In this document: positions 17,718 to 27,853 of the stretch, piece by piece
Numbering within the stretch: the stretch's first letter is position 1
How the letters are laid out: each line of letters starts with the position of its first letter
NCBI GenBank assembly: GCA_041946805.1
Contig: JBHGBC010000008.1
Span: 12,004 to 76,003, forward strand
From: a bacterium
Lineage (GTDB): Bacteria; Hinthialibacterota; Hinthialibacteria; Hinthialibacterales; Hinthialibacteraceae
DNA length: 64,000 nt
Direction: 5' to 3'
Made by a program: the position numbers and the translations under genes
The notes under the pieces: model-generated
What the model saw: only the letters and a program-made list of their open reading frames with translations
Told to the model about the DNA's origin: nothing
Databases searched by the model: none

Positions 17718-19373
17718 TCACTTCGCCGGCACGAAAATCCGCAGGCGGGCGCGGGCTTGGGGAAAGAAGCGCTCGTATTCGAGTTTGAACTCCTCCAGAA
17801 ACGGGACCAACTTGCAGAATTCATGCACGCCGCCGAAAACCGCTTCGAAATTGACAACTTCCCATGGCGCGGTGGATTCGAGCAGCACGATCTTGTTGGA
17901 CTGGGTGACGTACAGTTCATGGCGCAGGATTTTGAACCGCTCCTCCATCGGCAGATTCCGCACCGATTCGCCCGGGCGGAACAGGAAGAGATGGTTCCAG
18001 TAGGTCACGGCCTTATGCCAATCCCGCTGCAGCCGGTCCAGGGATGAAATCATGTAAAAGGTCGCCGCCGGGGGGTTGGCGAGGTCGTGGGTGATGAAAA
18101 AAGCGATCCGGTCGGAGGGCTGGAAACGGTCGATCACCGCGCGGATGGGAGTTTCATACACGTTTTGCTGGTTTACCTGCGCCTGCCGGTAGAAGCGGGA
18201 TTGAAATTGCGTGCAAGCCAGGACCAGGACCGCGATCACGGTTCCGTTGATGATGCCCGCGCCTTTCGGACAACGCCAATACGCCTGAGAAAACAAGGCG
18301 CGGACGGCTTCACCCGTAAGAATGAAAAACAATCCCATGGGGATGAATTGAAAACGCTCCATCTTGAACGGGTGATAGACCGCGGCCAGAAAATGGACAA
18401 GAAACACTGCCATCATGGGATTGCGGAGTGAAAGCCGTCCCGTCAACGGCCCGCCGATGAACACCAGCGCCAGGGCGGCTACCGCCAGCCAGGGAACCGC
18501 GAAATAGGCCTGGGGAATCACCTGCGGATAATAAAACAGGCTGGACAGTCCCCACGGCATGTACGCCGCCGGATTGTTCACCGCGAAATAGATCAGGTTC
18601 TCCCACTTGCGGCTGGATTCGGGGATGAACCACAATCCCACCAACACCACCGGCACGCCGAAGAGCACCAGGTTGCTGCGTTTGAACAGGCCGCGCAGTT
18701 CATATCCCCCCAGGGCATAGCGGTTCACCAGCAGACCGGCCACAGTCAGGAAGGCGTAGTTATATTTATAGAAAAAAATCAATGCCAGCAGCGTTCCGGG
18801 CAGAATCCAGCGGGTCCATTTCGCTTGGGGATCGGAGGGAATCGCGACCAGCGCGGCGAGCACCAAAAACAAGCCGAAGATTTCGCTCATCATGCTCACG
18901 GCGTGTTGGACAACGATGGGCGAGGTCGTGTACAGCGCCCAGGCGGTCACGGCGCCCGCCCACGCCCAGGGACTGCGCCGCCGGGTGAACCAAGCCAGGA
19001 TCATCAAGGCGGTGCCCAGATGCGCGCCGAGCGACAACAAGCGGGCGGAGGCCAGCGAAGGCTGGAATAATACAAACAGAATCCCTGTGATCCACGAATG
19101 CAAATACGGCCAGACCACCTGGGCGTTGGTGTGCTTCCAAAAGTGCATCAAATCGAAATGGCGCAGGTCGTACCAGATATGCGAGGCCCAGGCGCAGCGC
19201 TCGTATTCGTCCCAGCAGGGCAATCCCCCGTGGCGTACGGAATACACGTAGAGCCAGAGGGTCAGGATTATACTCCAAAATATCAGCGCCCAGCCCAAAA
19301 TCCGCCACGGCAATCCTAACCGGGGCGGTGAGAAGGCGGGATCTGGGCTGGGATGGGGATTCGAGTCATTCAT
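17718..19373 (-). CDS. polytopic membrane protein, probable GT-C fold (ArnT/PMT-like) glycosyltransferase, paralog 1
   Basis: 551 aa with more than 10 predicted TM segments. First-loop acidic motif GGLPCWDEYE. Roughly half the residues are identical by eye to the neighbouring ORF 19554..21284. Function assigned by architecture only. Confidence 0.6.
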   Translation of the reverse strand: MNDSNPHPSPDPAFSPPRLGLPWRILGWALIFWSIILTLWLYVYSVRHGGLPCWDEYERCAWASHIWYDLRHFDLMHFWKHTNAQVVWPYLHSWITGILFVLFQPSLASARLLSLGAHLGTALMILAWFTRRRSPWAWAGAVTAWALYTTSPIVVQHAVSMMSEIFGLFLVLAALVAIPSDPQAKWTRWILPGTLLALIFFYKYNYAFLTVAGLLVNRYALGGYELRGLFKRSNLVLFGVPVVLVGLWFIPESSRKWENLIYFAVNNPAAYMPWGLSSLFYYPQVIPQAYFAVPWLAVAALALVFIGGPLTGRLSLRNPMMAVFLVHFLAAVYHPFKMERFQFIPMGLFFILTGEAVRALFSQAYWRCPKGAGIINGTVIAVLVLACTQFQSRFYRQAQVNQQNVYETPIRAVIDRFQPSDRIAFFITHDLANPPAATFYMISSLDRLQRDWHKAVTYWNHLFLFRPGESVRNLPMEERFKILRHELYVTQSNKIVLLESTAPWEVVNFEAVFGGVHEFCKLVPFLEEFKLEYERFFPQARARLRIFVPAK

Positions 19374-19452
19374 CGGGATGAAACCAGGCCTCGATATAAT
19401 TTTGGTTTTACCAATCCGTGTGTGTATGAAGGGAATGACATCAAAAAAGGCA

Positions 19453-19556
19453 TTCCCTCATCCCAACCCTCTCCCAGAGGGAGAGGGAGCAGGCTTGGAT
19501 TGTCTGCCAAGGTGAATTGACATACCATCGCACTTTTTGAAATGTGTACTTATTTA
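19453..19556 (+). repeat. mosaic repeat: core hairpin plus degenerate TIR-like tail
   Basis: ttccctcatcccaaccctctcccagagggagaggga ... tttttgaaatgtgtacttatttacgg. Lies between the two GT-C paralogs. Confidence 0.75.
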
Positions 19557-21284
19557 CGGTTCGTCCTTCGTTTTCTCCTTCAGGCAGTTAATTGATAATT
19601 CCCGCAAAGTAAAGATGCGCACCCGCGTATGAGTCCAGTGGAATTCCTCTTCATAATTCAATTCACATTCTTCCAGCTGGGGCACCAGCTTCGCCATTTC
19701 CGCCACGCCCCCGTAGGCCTGTTCATACGCCGGGCCGGAGAGCGGTTCGAGACAGTCCACAATGGCGATCTGGGTGACTTTCCGGCCTTCCAGCACCCGG
19801 CGCAGCTCTTTGATCCTTTCTTCGGGGGAAAGAGATGTCACCGATTCCCGGCTCCGGAACAGAAAAACCAGGTTCCAGCGGTGCTCTCCGGTCCGGACGT
19901 CGTATTCCAACTGGTCGAACCGGGTGATGTAGTAATAAAAAATCGAAGGCGGGGGGATGGAATCGTAAGCGAGAAACAGTGCGGTCCGGCCCGACGGATC
20001 CACCCGGTCCAGGATGGCTTCCAAGGGAGTGATGAAACTGTTTTCCTGGCGGATTTGCGGCTCGTGGCAACGGTCCGCCCCGTAATCGACGGCAGGCAAC
20101 AGGATCAGAAGGCATCCGGTCCAGGCTGCCGCGGTGGATTTGATCCGCATGGAAGTAAAAATCCGGGTAAGCACTTCATCCAGTACCTGGCCGGACAATA
20201 CGAAGAACAATCCCACGGCGATAAATTGAAAGCGGTCCATCTTCATGGGATGGATTTCAGCGGCTAGAAAGTGGACCAAGAAGCAGGCGAACACCGGATT
20301 GGTCAGCCGCAGTTTCACCGAAACGGGAAACTCGATCAGCATCAACGTCACGCCGGCGGTGAAAAGGAACGGCAGCGCGAAATAGACCTCGGGGATGTGT
20401 TGGGGATAATACAGCAGGCTCGCCAGGCCGAAGGGCGTATAAACCTGGGGATTGTTGAACGCGAAGTCCCAGAAGTTTTTCCATTTATGGGCGGTGTCGG
20501 GGATGAACCACAGCGCCAGGCCAAAAATGGGAATACCGAATAAGATCAGGTTGCCGCAACTTGCCGCCTTCCGGAGTGAAAACCGCGCCCTGGCCGACCG
20601 GTGAACCAGCAAGGCCGCCCAGGTCAATCCGGCAAAGTTGTATTTGAACATGAAAAGCAACGCGAGCAGGATGCCACTGGGAATGAACCATCCCGGCCGC
20701 TCGTCTTTCTCTCGTGGCAAACACGTGATAATAGCCAGCACCAAGAACAAGCCGGACAATTCCGTCATGATGGTGACGGAATTTTGCAGTACGATGGGTG
20801 AGGTGGTGAACAGGCCCCAGGCCGCCGCCGCGCCCGCCGGGGCGAACGGCCGCCTTTCCCGCAGGAGGAGCCACACGGTCAGGCACGCCGTCCCCCAAAA
20901 CGCGAAGAGGGACACTAATGCCGCCGTGGCGAACGACGGGCGGAACAGCACGAACAAGATTCCCGTGATCCACGAATGCAAAAACGGCCAGACCGCCAGA
21001 CTGTTGGTATGCAGCCAGAAATGGGCGAAATCGAGGTGGCGGATGTCGTACCAGATCCGCGCGGCCGAGGAGACACGCTCGAAGCCATCCCATTCAGGCA
21101 AGCCGCCATACCGCGCCGAGTACCAATAGAGCCAAACGGTCAGCACCAGGGTCCACAAACCCAAAAAGCATCCCAGCACTTCATGGGAGAACGAATAGCG
21201 GCCGGTATCCGGGAAACCGCCGGGAAATTTGGATTCCATGCTATGCTGCACACCCATCTTTTCGCTAGAACCGCCTCGCGTCAC
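19554..21284 (-). CDS. polytopic membrane protein, probable GT-C fold glycosyltransferase, paralog 2
   Basis: 576 aa. GGLPEWDGFE...IWYDIRHLDFAHFWLHTNSLAVWPFLHSWITGILFVLFRPS parallels paralog 1, and the C-termini are also collinear. 21284 is a GTG; in-frame ATGs at 21257 and 21239, so the start is uncertain. Confidence 0.6.
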   Translation of the reverse strand: MTRGGSSEKMGVQHSMESKFPGGFPDTGRYSFSHEVLGCFLGLWTLVLTVWLYWYSARYGGLPEWDGFERVSSAARIWYDIRHLDFAHFWLHTNSLAVWPFLHSWITGILFVLFRPSFATAALVSLFAFWGTACLTVWLLLRERRPFAPAGAAAAWGLFTTSPIVLQNSVTIMTELSGLFLVLAIITCLPREKDERPGWFIPSGILLALLFMFKYNFAGLTWAALLVHRSARARFSLRKAASCGNLILFGIPIFGLALWFIPDTAHKWKNFWDFAFNNPQVYTPFGLASLLYYPQHIPEVYFALPFLFTAGVTLMLIEFPVSVKLRLTNPVFACFLVHFLAAEIHPMKMDRFQFIAVGLFFVLSGQVLDEVLTRIFTSMRIKSTAAAWTGCLLILLPAVDYGADRCHEPQIRQENSFITPLEAILDRVDPSGRTALFLAYDSIPPPSIFYYYITRFDQLEYDVRTGEHRWNLVFLFRSRESVTSLSPEERIKELRRVLEGRKVTQIAIVDCLEPLSGPAYEQAYGGVAEMAKLVPQLEECELNYEEEFHWTHTRVRIFTLRELSINCLKEKTKDEP

Positions 21285-21388
21285 TGTTCGCTCCCCTGGC
21301 GGTTATGATACATTACCGTAAAAACAAATCCCAAGCCCCGGCTTTGGAGAGATAGTGATTGCCATTTTGAAAAAACCAAACCCAGGAA

Positions 21389-21541
21389 CCCAGGACTGAA
21401 GTCCTGGGCTAGTTTGAATTTCTTCGGATGCTGTAGGGAAAGAACCATGGGATGGATTCGCGCAGCGTAATCCATCCATGTAACCGGCATTTCATCCCCG
21501 AGGGGGATGCCGGTGGGGTAGCCGTAGGTTTTAACCTACGG
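21389..21541. repeat. cluster of hairpin repeat modules (F, E, G, H)
   Basis: Four hairpins in a row: cccaggactgaagtcctggg; ggatggattcgcgcagcgtaatccatcc; cggcatttcatccccgagggggatgccgg; gtagccgtaggttttaacctacgg. Modules E and F recur at 52740-52771 and 35355-35374. Confidence 0.7.
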
Positions 21542-21576
21542 GAAAATCGGCAGGCACTTCGGTTAAGGAGTCCATC

Positions 21577-22575
<999 letters not shown>

Positions 22576-22587
22576 CGCGGGGGATTC

Positions 22588-23238
22588 ATGCCGGGGTTCT
22601 TCATTACCGTGGAAGGCATCGAGGGGGCGGGCAAAACCACCGTCGCCGAACGCCTGGAAACGTGGCTGCAAGTCCGGGGCCACGCCACCTTCCGCGCGCG
22701 CGAACCGGGCGGCACCCCGACGGGCGAGGCGCTGCGCGGACTGATCCTCGATGCCGGGCATCCGTTGGGTGTGGAGGCGGAACTGTTGCTCATCGAGGCG
22801 GCCCGCGCCCAACTGATGGACGAGGTGGTCCTGCCCCGTCTGGAATTGGGACAGACCGTGATCCTCGACCGGCATATCGATTCGACCACCGCCTACCAAG
22901 GCTACGGCCGTGGGCTGGATCTGGATTGGATCGCCCGGCTGAACCATTTCGCCACCCGCGGCCGCCGCCCCGACCGCACCCTCCTGCTGGACGTGGACGC
23001 CGCCGTGGGCCTGGCCCGCGCGCGCGGCAGCAAGCCGGACACCCCCTACGCGGACCGCTTCGAAACCGAGGAACTGGCCTTCATGGAGCGCGTCCGGCAA
23101 GGCTTCCTCACGCTCGCCCGCTCCGAGCCTCAACGATTCCATGTCGTGAATGCTGAAGCCGGGGTGGAGGAGGTGTGGCGGAAAGTATGTACAGGGATTG
23201 AGAGGGAAGAAGCAAATCATCATCCCCAACGGGATTGA
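22588..23238 (+). CDS. tmk: dTMP (thymidylate) kinase
   Basis: FITVEGIEGAGKTT P-loop, a DR(H/Y)..S..AYQG motif (DRHIDSTTAYQG) and a lid-region Arg cluster. Confidence 0.92.
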   Translation: MPGFFITVEGIEGAGKTTVAERLETWLQVRGHATFRAREPGGTPTGEALRGLILDAGHPLGVEAELLLIEAARAQLMDEVVLPRLELGQTVILDRHIDSTTAYQGYGRGLDLDWIARLNHFATRGRRPDRTLLLDVDAAVGLARARGSKPDTPYADRFETEELAFMERVRQGFLTLARSEPQRFHVVNAEAGVEEVWRKVCTGIEREEANHHPQRD

Positions 23239-23243
23239 TATTT

Positions 23244-23456
23244 ATGGTTCATCCAAGAAGTGCGTACCGGCTGAAGTAACATTGATTTCATTCGCCCCTG
23301 GATGAGGGCGGATACCAAGGTCCACCCCTCAAAAATTCCCTCACCCAGTCTCTCTCCCAGAAGGAGAGGAAATTTGGGGGGGGTGTTTTCATCAATTCCC
23401 GTGAAGAAACACGAACCAGTCATCTGAAAAAAGTACGCACTTGCCGGAAGAGCCAT
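23244..23456 (+). mobile_element. MITE-like element, full length (213 bp) with about 24-bp imperfect terminal inverted repeats
   Basis: Left end atggttcatccaagaagtgcgtac. The reverse complement of the right end is atggctcttccggcaagtgcgtac (19/24 identical). The interior carries module B and the core hairpin. Collinear with 30042-30255. Confidence 0.85.
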
Positions 23457-23463
23457 ATTCACA

Positions 23464-23577
23464 TCTCTTTACGTGTTCAAGCCATATCACTCGGATTGTC
23501 ATCTCTTCATCTATGGCAATCGAATAGATGGCCTCAATAAAATCCATTTTGGTGAAACAAGGAATATTGGTTTCCAC
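23464..23577 (-). pseudogene. possible RelE/ParE-type toxin C-terminal remnant abutting the MITE
   Basis: Lower-GC ORF 23392..23577. FIEAIYSIAIDEEMTIRVIWLEHVKR resembles the last beta-strands of RelE/ParE toxins. Only about 38 aa precede the MITE boundary and there is a stop just upstream. Weak. Confidence 0.2.
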
Positions 23578-23665
23578 GGTTGCCCCTCGCGGCTTTCAAC
23601 CGTTATCCCGGGAGGCTATGGTACAATAGGCTGCAATTCAATCTGAGAAATGGCATGATCGCGCT

Positions 23666-26251
23666 ATGAGAACCGTTTCCCGTCCGGCTGGCTGGTTGGC
23701 ATGGTTGATATTCGTGGCGGTGTGCGCCGGAATCCTTCCGGGCGCTGGCTGGGGCGCGAGCGTGGAGAAAGCCGCCGCGTCCGAATGCGATCCCCCCTTT
23801 GTGTATTCCCCCATCCGCGTCCTGGAGGCGCGGGATACCGCCAGCCGCGCGCAATGGACCGAGTTGATGATCGACGCCGGGGCGGGCGATCCCTCCCGGC
23901 CCGAGAATCAAATCCAGGCGGCGTGCCTGAAGGCCGTGCTGTTCGGCGGGGAGGAGCGCCTGACCCGGGCCGTTCAGACCTTCACCGATTTACTGGGTGA
24001 ATGGATCGAAGCGGGCCCCGCCGGGGAGCCGTTTCCCCCCCGGGGGGTGACACAACTCGCGCAATCCCTCGACTGGCTGTCGGCCACCCCCGAATGGCTT
24101 AAAACCGGCCTGCCGGAGCGGCAGGCGCTGCGGGACCGGTACGCGGAGCGGGTCCGCCCCATTTTTTCATCCGCCCCGGACGGCTTGGTTGAGGATGCCC
24201 GGTATCATTTTCAGGCGGCGAAGCTGTATGCGGGGTTGATCGCGGGCGCGACCGCCTGGGTGGAGGAGAGCCTGCGAGGCAACGAGAAAATCCCGGGGCT
24301 GGAGGCCGCCGCCCGCCAGGCGCTGACCAGCGAGGGTCGGCTGGCTTCGGGAACGCTGCAGCGGCATTCGGAAACCGGATGCGATTTTCTCCTGGCCGGG
24401 GCGGCCCTGAAATCGTGCTCGCCCGAGGCGTATGCCGCCCTGGAGCCGCTCCTGCAGAAAACGGTCACCGTGCTGACGGCGCTCGCCTATCCTTCCAGCC
24501 GTTTCCCGGCGGTGCTGACGCGGGAGAAAACCGGCGGGCAGGAACTGATCCGCTTTCTCGAAATCGGCTACGCGCTGTTTCCCGATCCCAATCTGCGCAA
24601 CCTCCTGGTGGAGTTATACAAAACGAATCCCCGCCGGCCGGAATCCCTGCTCTTTTCCGAATCCAGCCTATTGGCGGGAGGGCCGCCGGGGGCGGTTCCC
24701 TCGATCGCGATGCCGCAAACCGGCGCGGCGGTGATTCATGATGTTTCGGACAAAATCCCCCTGTCGCTGTATCTCGACACCGGTTTGTCGGGACGGACCG
24801 GGCCGTCCGCCCTGCTTGCCATCGAATGGATGGGTCCGCCCGCGCCGCGGGTTACGCGAAATGAATCATCTACCGCCGAGTTCAACACGGTGGTGGTTGA
24901 CCGGATGTCTCAATCCGCCGCGCCCGAGAGTATGGACGCGCCACGCAACGCCTTGCTCGGGTCATGGAAATCCTTCGAGGATGGAACCACCTACGTCAAG
25001 GCGGTGGCGGACGGCCACTACACCGAGCGCGCGGCCTATCCCGCGTCCGCGGACGGCGCGCCCGTGACGACGTATGAGCGGACGCTGTATCTCTCGTCGC
25101 CCTTCGCGGTGGACCTGTTCCGGGTCCGGGGCGGCCGGATGCACGATTGGATCTACCACGCGCCCGCGCCGCTTGAATCGCTGGCGGGTGGCGAATGGGC
25201 GGACTATAAAGCGGAAGCGGAGGATTACGCCTTCGTCCGGGACGCGGCGGGATTCATGCGGACCGCGTCGCCGCAAGGAGTGTACGGTCTCGTGTACAAG
25301 CCCGTGGGAGAGAAAAATCTCCGGGAGCGGGTGTGGTTCATCGATCCCGTGGGGACCCAATTGATCACGGGCGAGGCGGGCGGCGGCTCGTTTGTCATCG
25401 CCCGCCGGAATATGGAAGGGGACGAAGGCGATCTCTACGCCGTGTTTCATGATTGGTCCGCGGGCGAGGCCCCGGACATCAAGATTACCCAGCTGGCTCT
25501 CGATCCGCGGCCCAACCGGCGCGATTTCCAGGCGGTGGCGTTCACGGTTCATTCGGGAAGCGAAACGCATTTATTCCTGTCGTCCACCAATCCCGAGGTT
25601 TCATACTCGGCGAATTACCTCAACCAGCGGATCGTCTTCCAGGGCGGCTTCGGGCACATCCGCCTGCAAAACGGCTCGTTCGCCTCCATGCGCCTCCTGG
25701 ACGGAACCAACCTGCGTTACGGCGCCCATGGCCTCTCCTTCGCTACTCCGCTGACCGTGGGCGTGACGCGGCGGATTAACGAGGCGGAAAGCTGGGTGGA
25801 GCTGGACATCCCCGGCCTCTTGCCCTTCGGCCCCGCGGCGCGCAACACTTCCGTGCTGGTGCTGTCGAACGATCCCGCGCCGGTAATGTACCAACCGCTG
25901 ATTCTCGACCGCATCGACGAGGGCGAACCGCCGCAAAAGGCCCGTTTGCTCCTGTCGCCCAACCTGCTGCATCCGCTCCCCGGCCTCGGCGCGCCCGTGA
26001 AGCCCGGGGATCCGGTGATGTACGGCCCCGCGGCGGAACTCACGCGCCTGCATCCCGACGTGTACGCGCTGACGTATACCGCCCCCGCGGACGTCATGGT
26101 GGAAGGAGCCACGGACCGGACCCGCGTCTTCTTGCACAAGGCCGAAGTGCTCTATCAAATCCGGGGCGAAGCCAGCGCCGGCGCGATTCATTTTTCCGTG
26201 AAGCCGATTGAAAGCCGGGAAGGGCGGATCGAATTCGCCCGGATCCCCTGA
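23666..26251 (+). CDS. large secreted protein of unknown function (possibly heparinase II/III-like polysaccharide-lyase architecture)
   Basis: 861 aa with a signal peptide (WLAWLIFVAVCAGILPGAGWGAS). Helical N-terminal half and beta-rich C-terminal half (…FRVRGGRMHDWIYH…). The functional call is a guess from layout. Confidence 0.7.
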   Translation: MRTVSRPAGWLAWLIFVAVCAGILPGAGWGASVEKAAASECDPPFVYSPIRVLEARDTASRAQWTELMIDAGAGDPSRPENQIQAACLKAVLFGGEERLTRAVQTFTDLLGEWIEAGPAGEPFPPRGVTQLAQSLDWLSATPEWLKTGLPERQALRDRYAERVRPIFSSAPDGLVEDARYHFQAAKLYAGLIAGATAWVEESLRGNEKIPGLEAAARQALTSEGRLASGTLQRHSETGCDFLLAGAALKSCSPEAYAALEPLLQKTVTVLTALAYPSSRFPAVLTREKTGGQELIRFLEIGYALFPDPNLRNLLVELYKTNPRRPESLLFSESSLLAGGPPGAVPSIAMPQTGAAVIHDVSDKIPLSLYLDTGLSGRTGPSALLAIEWMGPPAPRVTRNESSTAEFNTVVVDRMSQSAAPESMDAPRNALLGSWKSFEDGTTYVKAVADGHYTERAAYPASADGAPVTTYERTLYLSSPFAVDLFRVRGGRMHDWIYHAPAPLESLAGGEWADYKAEAEDYAFVRDAAGFMRTASPQGVYGLVYKPVGEKNLRERVWFIDPVGTQLITGEAGGGSFVIARRNMEGDEGDLYAVFHDWSAGEAPDIKITQLALDPRPNRRDFQAVAFTVHSGSETHLFLSSTNPEVSYSANYLNQRIVFQGGFGHIRLQNGSFASMRLLDGTNLRYGAHGLSFATPLTVGVTRRINEAESWVELDIPGLLPFGPAARNTSVLVLSNDPAPVMYQPLILDRIDEGEPPQKARLLLSPNLLHPLPGLGAPVKPGDPVMYGPAAELTRLHPDVYALTYTAPADVMVEGATDRTRVFLHKAEVLYQIRGEASAGAIHFSVKPIESREGRIEFARIP

Positions 26252-26335
26252 CGGCGGGAACCTTCATTCTCCCTTGATGAACGCGGGACATCTCGGCCAT
26301 ACTTTGCTATCCAACATGGGAGGGAGAAGCGCGAT

Positions 26336-26647
26336 ATGCCGGTTTTGCTTTTGGTGGCGGGACTTTTCTGCGGCCCGGCGCACGGATTTTTCTGGGATTC
26401 GGGAATAGGGCCGGCGGCTTGGGAGCCAGCCGCGGGATTCCCTTTCATGGACATGCTGTTTCCTCTACCCCTCGCCGCGCAATCCAGCCCGGCGGAAGGG
26501 CCGGACAGCTGGCCATTGGGAGGCCAGAAGAGCGATACGGGCCCCCTGATCGTCTTCGCCGCCGGCATTGCCTTGTTTTTAGTGGCCTATCTGTTTGTCC
26601 GGGCGCAGCCTTCATCCAAAAAACGCAAGAAGAAAAAATTCTTCTAG
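26336..26647 (+). CDS. small secreted / C-terminally anchored protein with polybasic tail
   Basis: GGGAGGGAG RBS. N-terminal signal MPVLLLVAGLFCGPAHG, a C-terminal TM segment LIVFAAGIALFLVAYLFV, then SSKKRKKKKFF. Confidence 0.6.
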   Translation: MPVLLLVAGLFCGPAHGFFWDSGIGPAAWEPAAGFPFMDMLFPLPLAAQSSPAEGPDSWPLGGQKSDTGPLIVFAAGIALFLVAYLFVRAQPSSKKRKKKKFF

Positions 26648-26677
26648 GGAGCGCCCAGAAGCCCAGGGGGTTGTTTG

Positions 26678-27853
26678 ATGCCCGCCATGCCGGTCAAACT
26701 CGTCTTTCCATGGGGGATTGTGCTGGCGTTCTCCCTCACGGTGGTGTTTTTTTCCCCAAGCCCCCGGACGGCGCCGCGTTTCAATGATATCCTCCAGCGT
26801 GTCCCGACCGTCCCGGCCGCGGCTTTCGATTCTCTCCACCGCGCCGCGGACGACTCTATCCAATTTCAATGGCATGCTTTGAATCCCGCCCCCGGATCGC
26901 TGGACGCAAGCCGCATCGCGGAACTGTATTTCCAATTCGGTGAAGCGATTCTGTCCCGGCCGGACACCGGATTCCTCCCGGTGGCGCGGGATCAATTCTT
27001 GCAGGCCGCTGCTTTGTACCCCCCGCTGCGGCAAGGATGGGTGTATTTTCAAATCGGCCGCACGCTGGAGTTGATCGGCCCGCCGTTTCTGGATGATGCC
27101 CAATCGTATTATTCCCTCGTCTCGATCTACAATCCGGGACGCCTGGCTCTATTGGCCGGCTACCGCATCTCGTTGATCGGCCTCCGCATCCACACGGAAC
27201 CGCTCGATCCCAAACCGCTTTACCAGTATGTCCGGTTTTACTCGCGGGATGCCGGCAACGACCTCGCACCGTTCGCGGAAGCGACGTTCCCCGGCCGGGA
27301 GGAAGGGGAATACCTCAACGCCCTCCTCGCATTCCGGGCCGGTATGATGGAAAAGGCGGCCGCCGCGCTGGAACGGTATCTCGCCCTCCAACCCTCCGAT
27401 CCCAGCGCCGGGTATTACCGGGACCGGATCACCGGCCGCGCGATGCAAGCGATGTATCCGGCGGACGGGGATTTGCTGGCCTCGTGCTACGCCCCCAAGG
27501 CCTATCGCGACGGATTTTTTTATCTGCCCCATGACGGGTACATTTTAATGGATTTGTATGTTCCCGTTCCCGATCCCCACGGGCTGGCCGTCACGCTGCG
27601 GCTGGAAAAACCCTGGTCCGGCCCCGCGCGGATTTCGGTCACGCTGAATAACGATGTCCATACGGTGTCGTTCCAACCGGAAGCAAGCCGGAACGGGCAG
27701 GATCTCGTTTTCCGTTTCGACTCGGTCCAGGAACGCAATCTCCTGCAATGCCACGTCTTCATGGAGAGGGAAGAAACCGTTTCGCCCCAACCGCCGCTGC
27801 TCCATGTGCGGTCGTTGCAAGCCGGCCTGGTTCCCCGGGAGACGGCGCGGTGA
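26678..27853 (+). CDS. membrane-anchored hypothetical protein
   Basis: ORF 26675 (TTG) with ATG at 26678 after AGGGGG. One N-terminal TM segment, a helical-repeat-like middle and a beta-rich C-terminus. No motif recognised. Confidence 0.65.
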   Translation: MPAMPVKLVFPWGIVLAFSLTVVFFSPSPRTAPRFNDILQRVPTVPAAAFDSLHRAADDSIQFQWHALNPAPGSLDASRIAELYFQFGEAILSRPDTGFLPVARDQFLQAAALYPPLRQGWVYFQIGRTLELIGPPFLDDAQSYYSLVSIYNPGRLALLAGYRISLIGLRIHTEPLDPKPLYQYVRFYSRDAGNDLAPFAEATFPGREEGEYLNALLAFRAGMMEKAAAALERYLALQPSDPSAGYYRDRITGRAMQAMYPADGDLLASCYAPKAYRDGFFYLPHDGYILMDLYVPVPDPHGLAVTLRLEKPWSGPARISVTLNNDVHTVSFQPEASRNGQDLVFRFDSVQERNLLQCHVFMEREETVSPQPPLLHVRSLQAGLVPRETAR

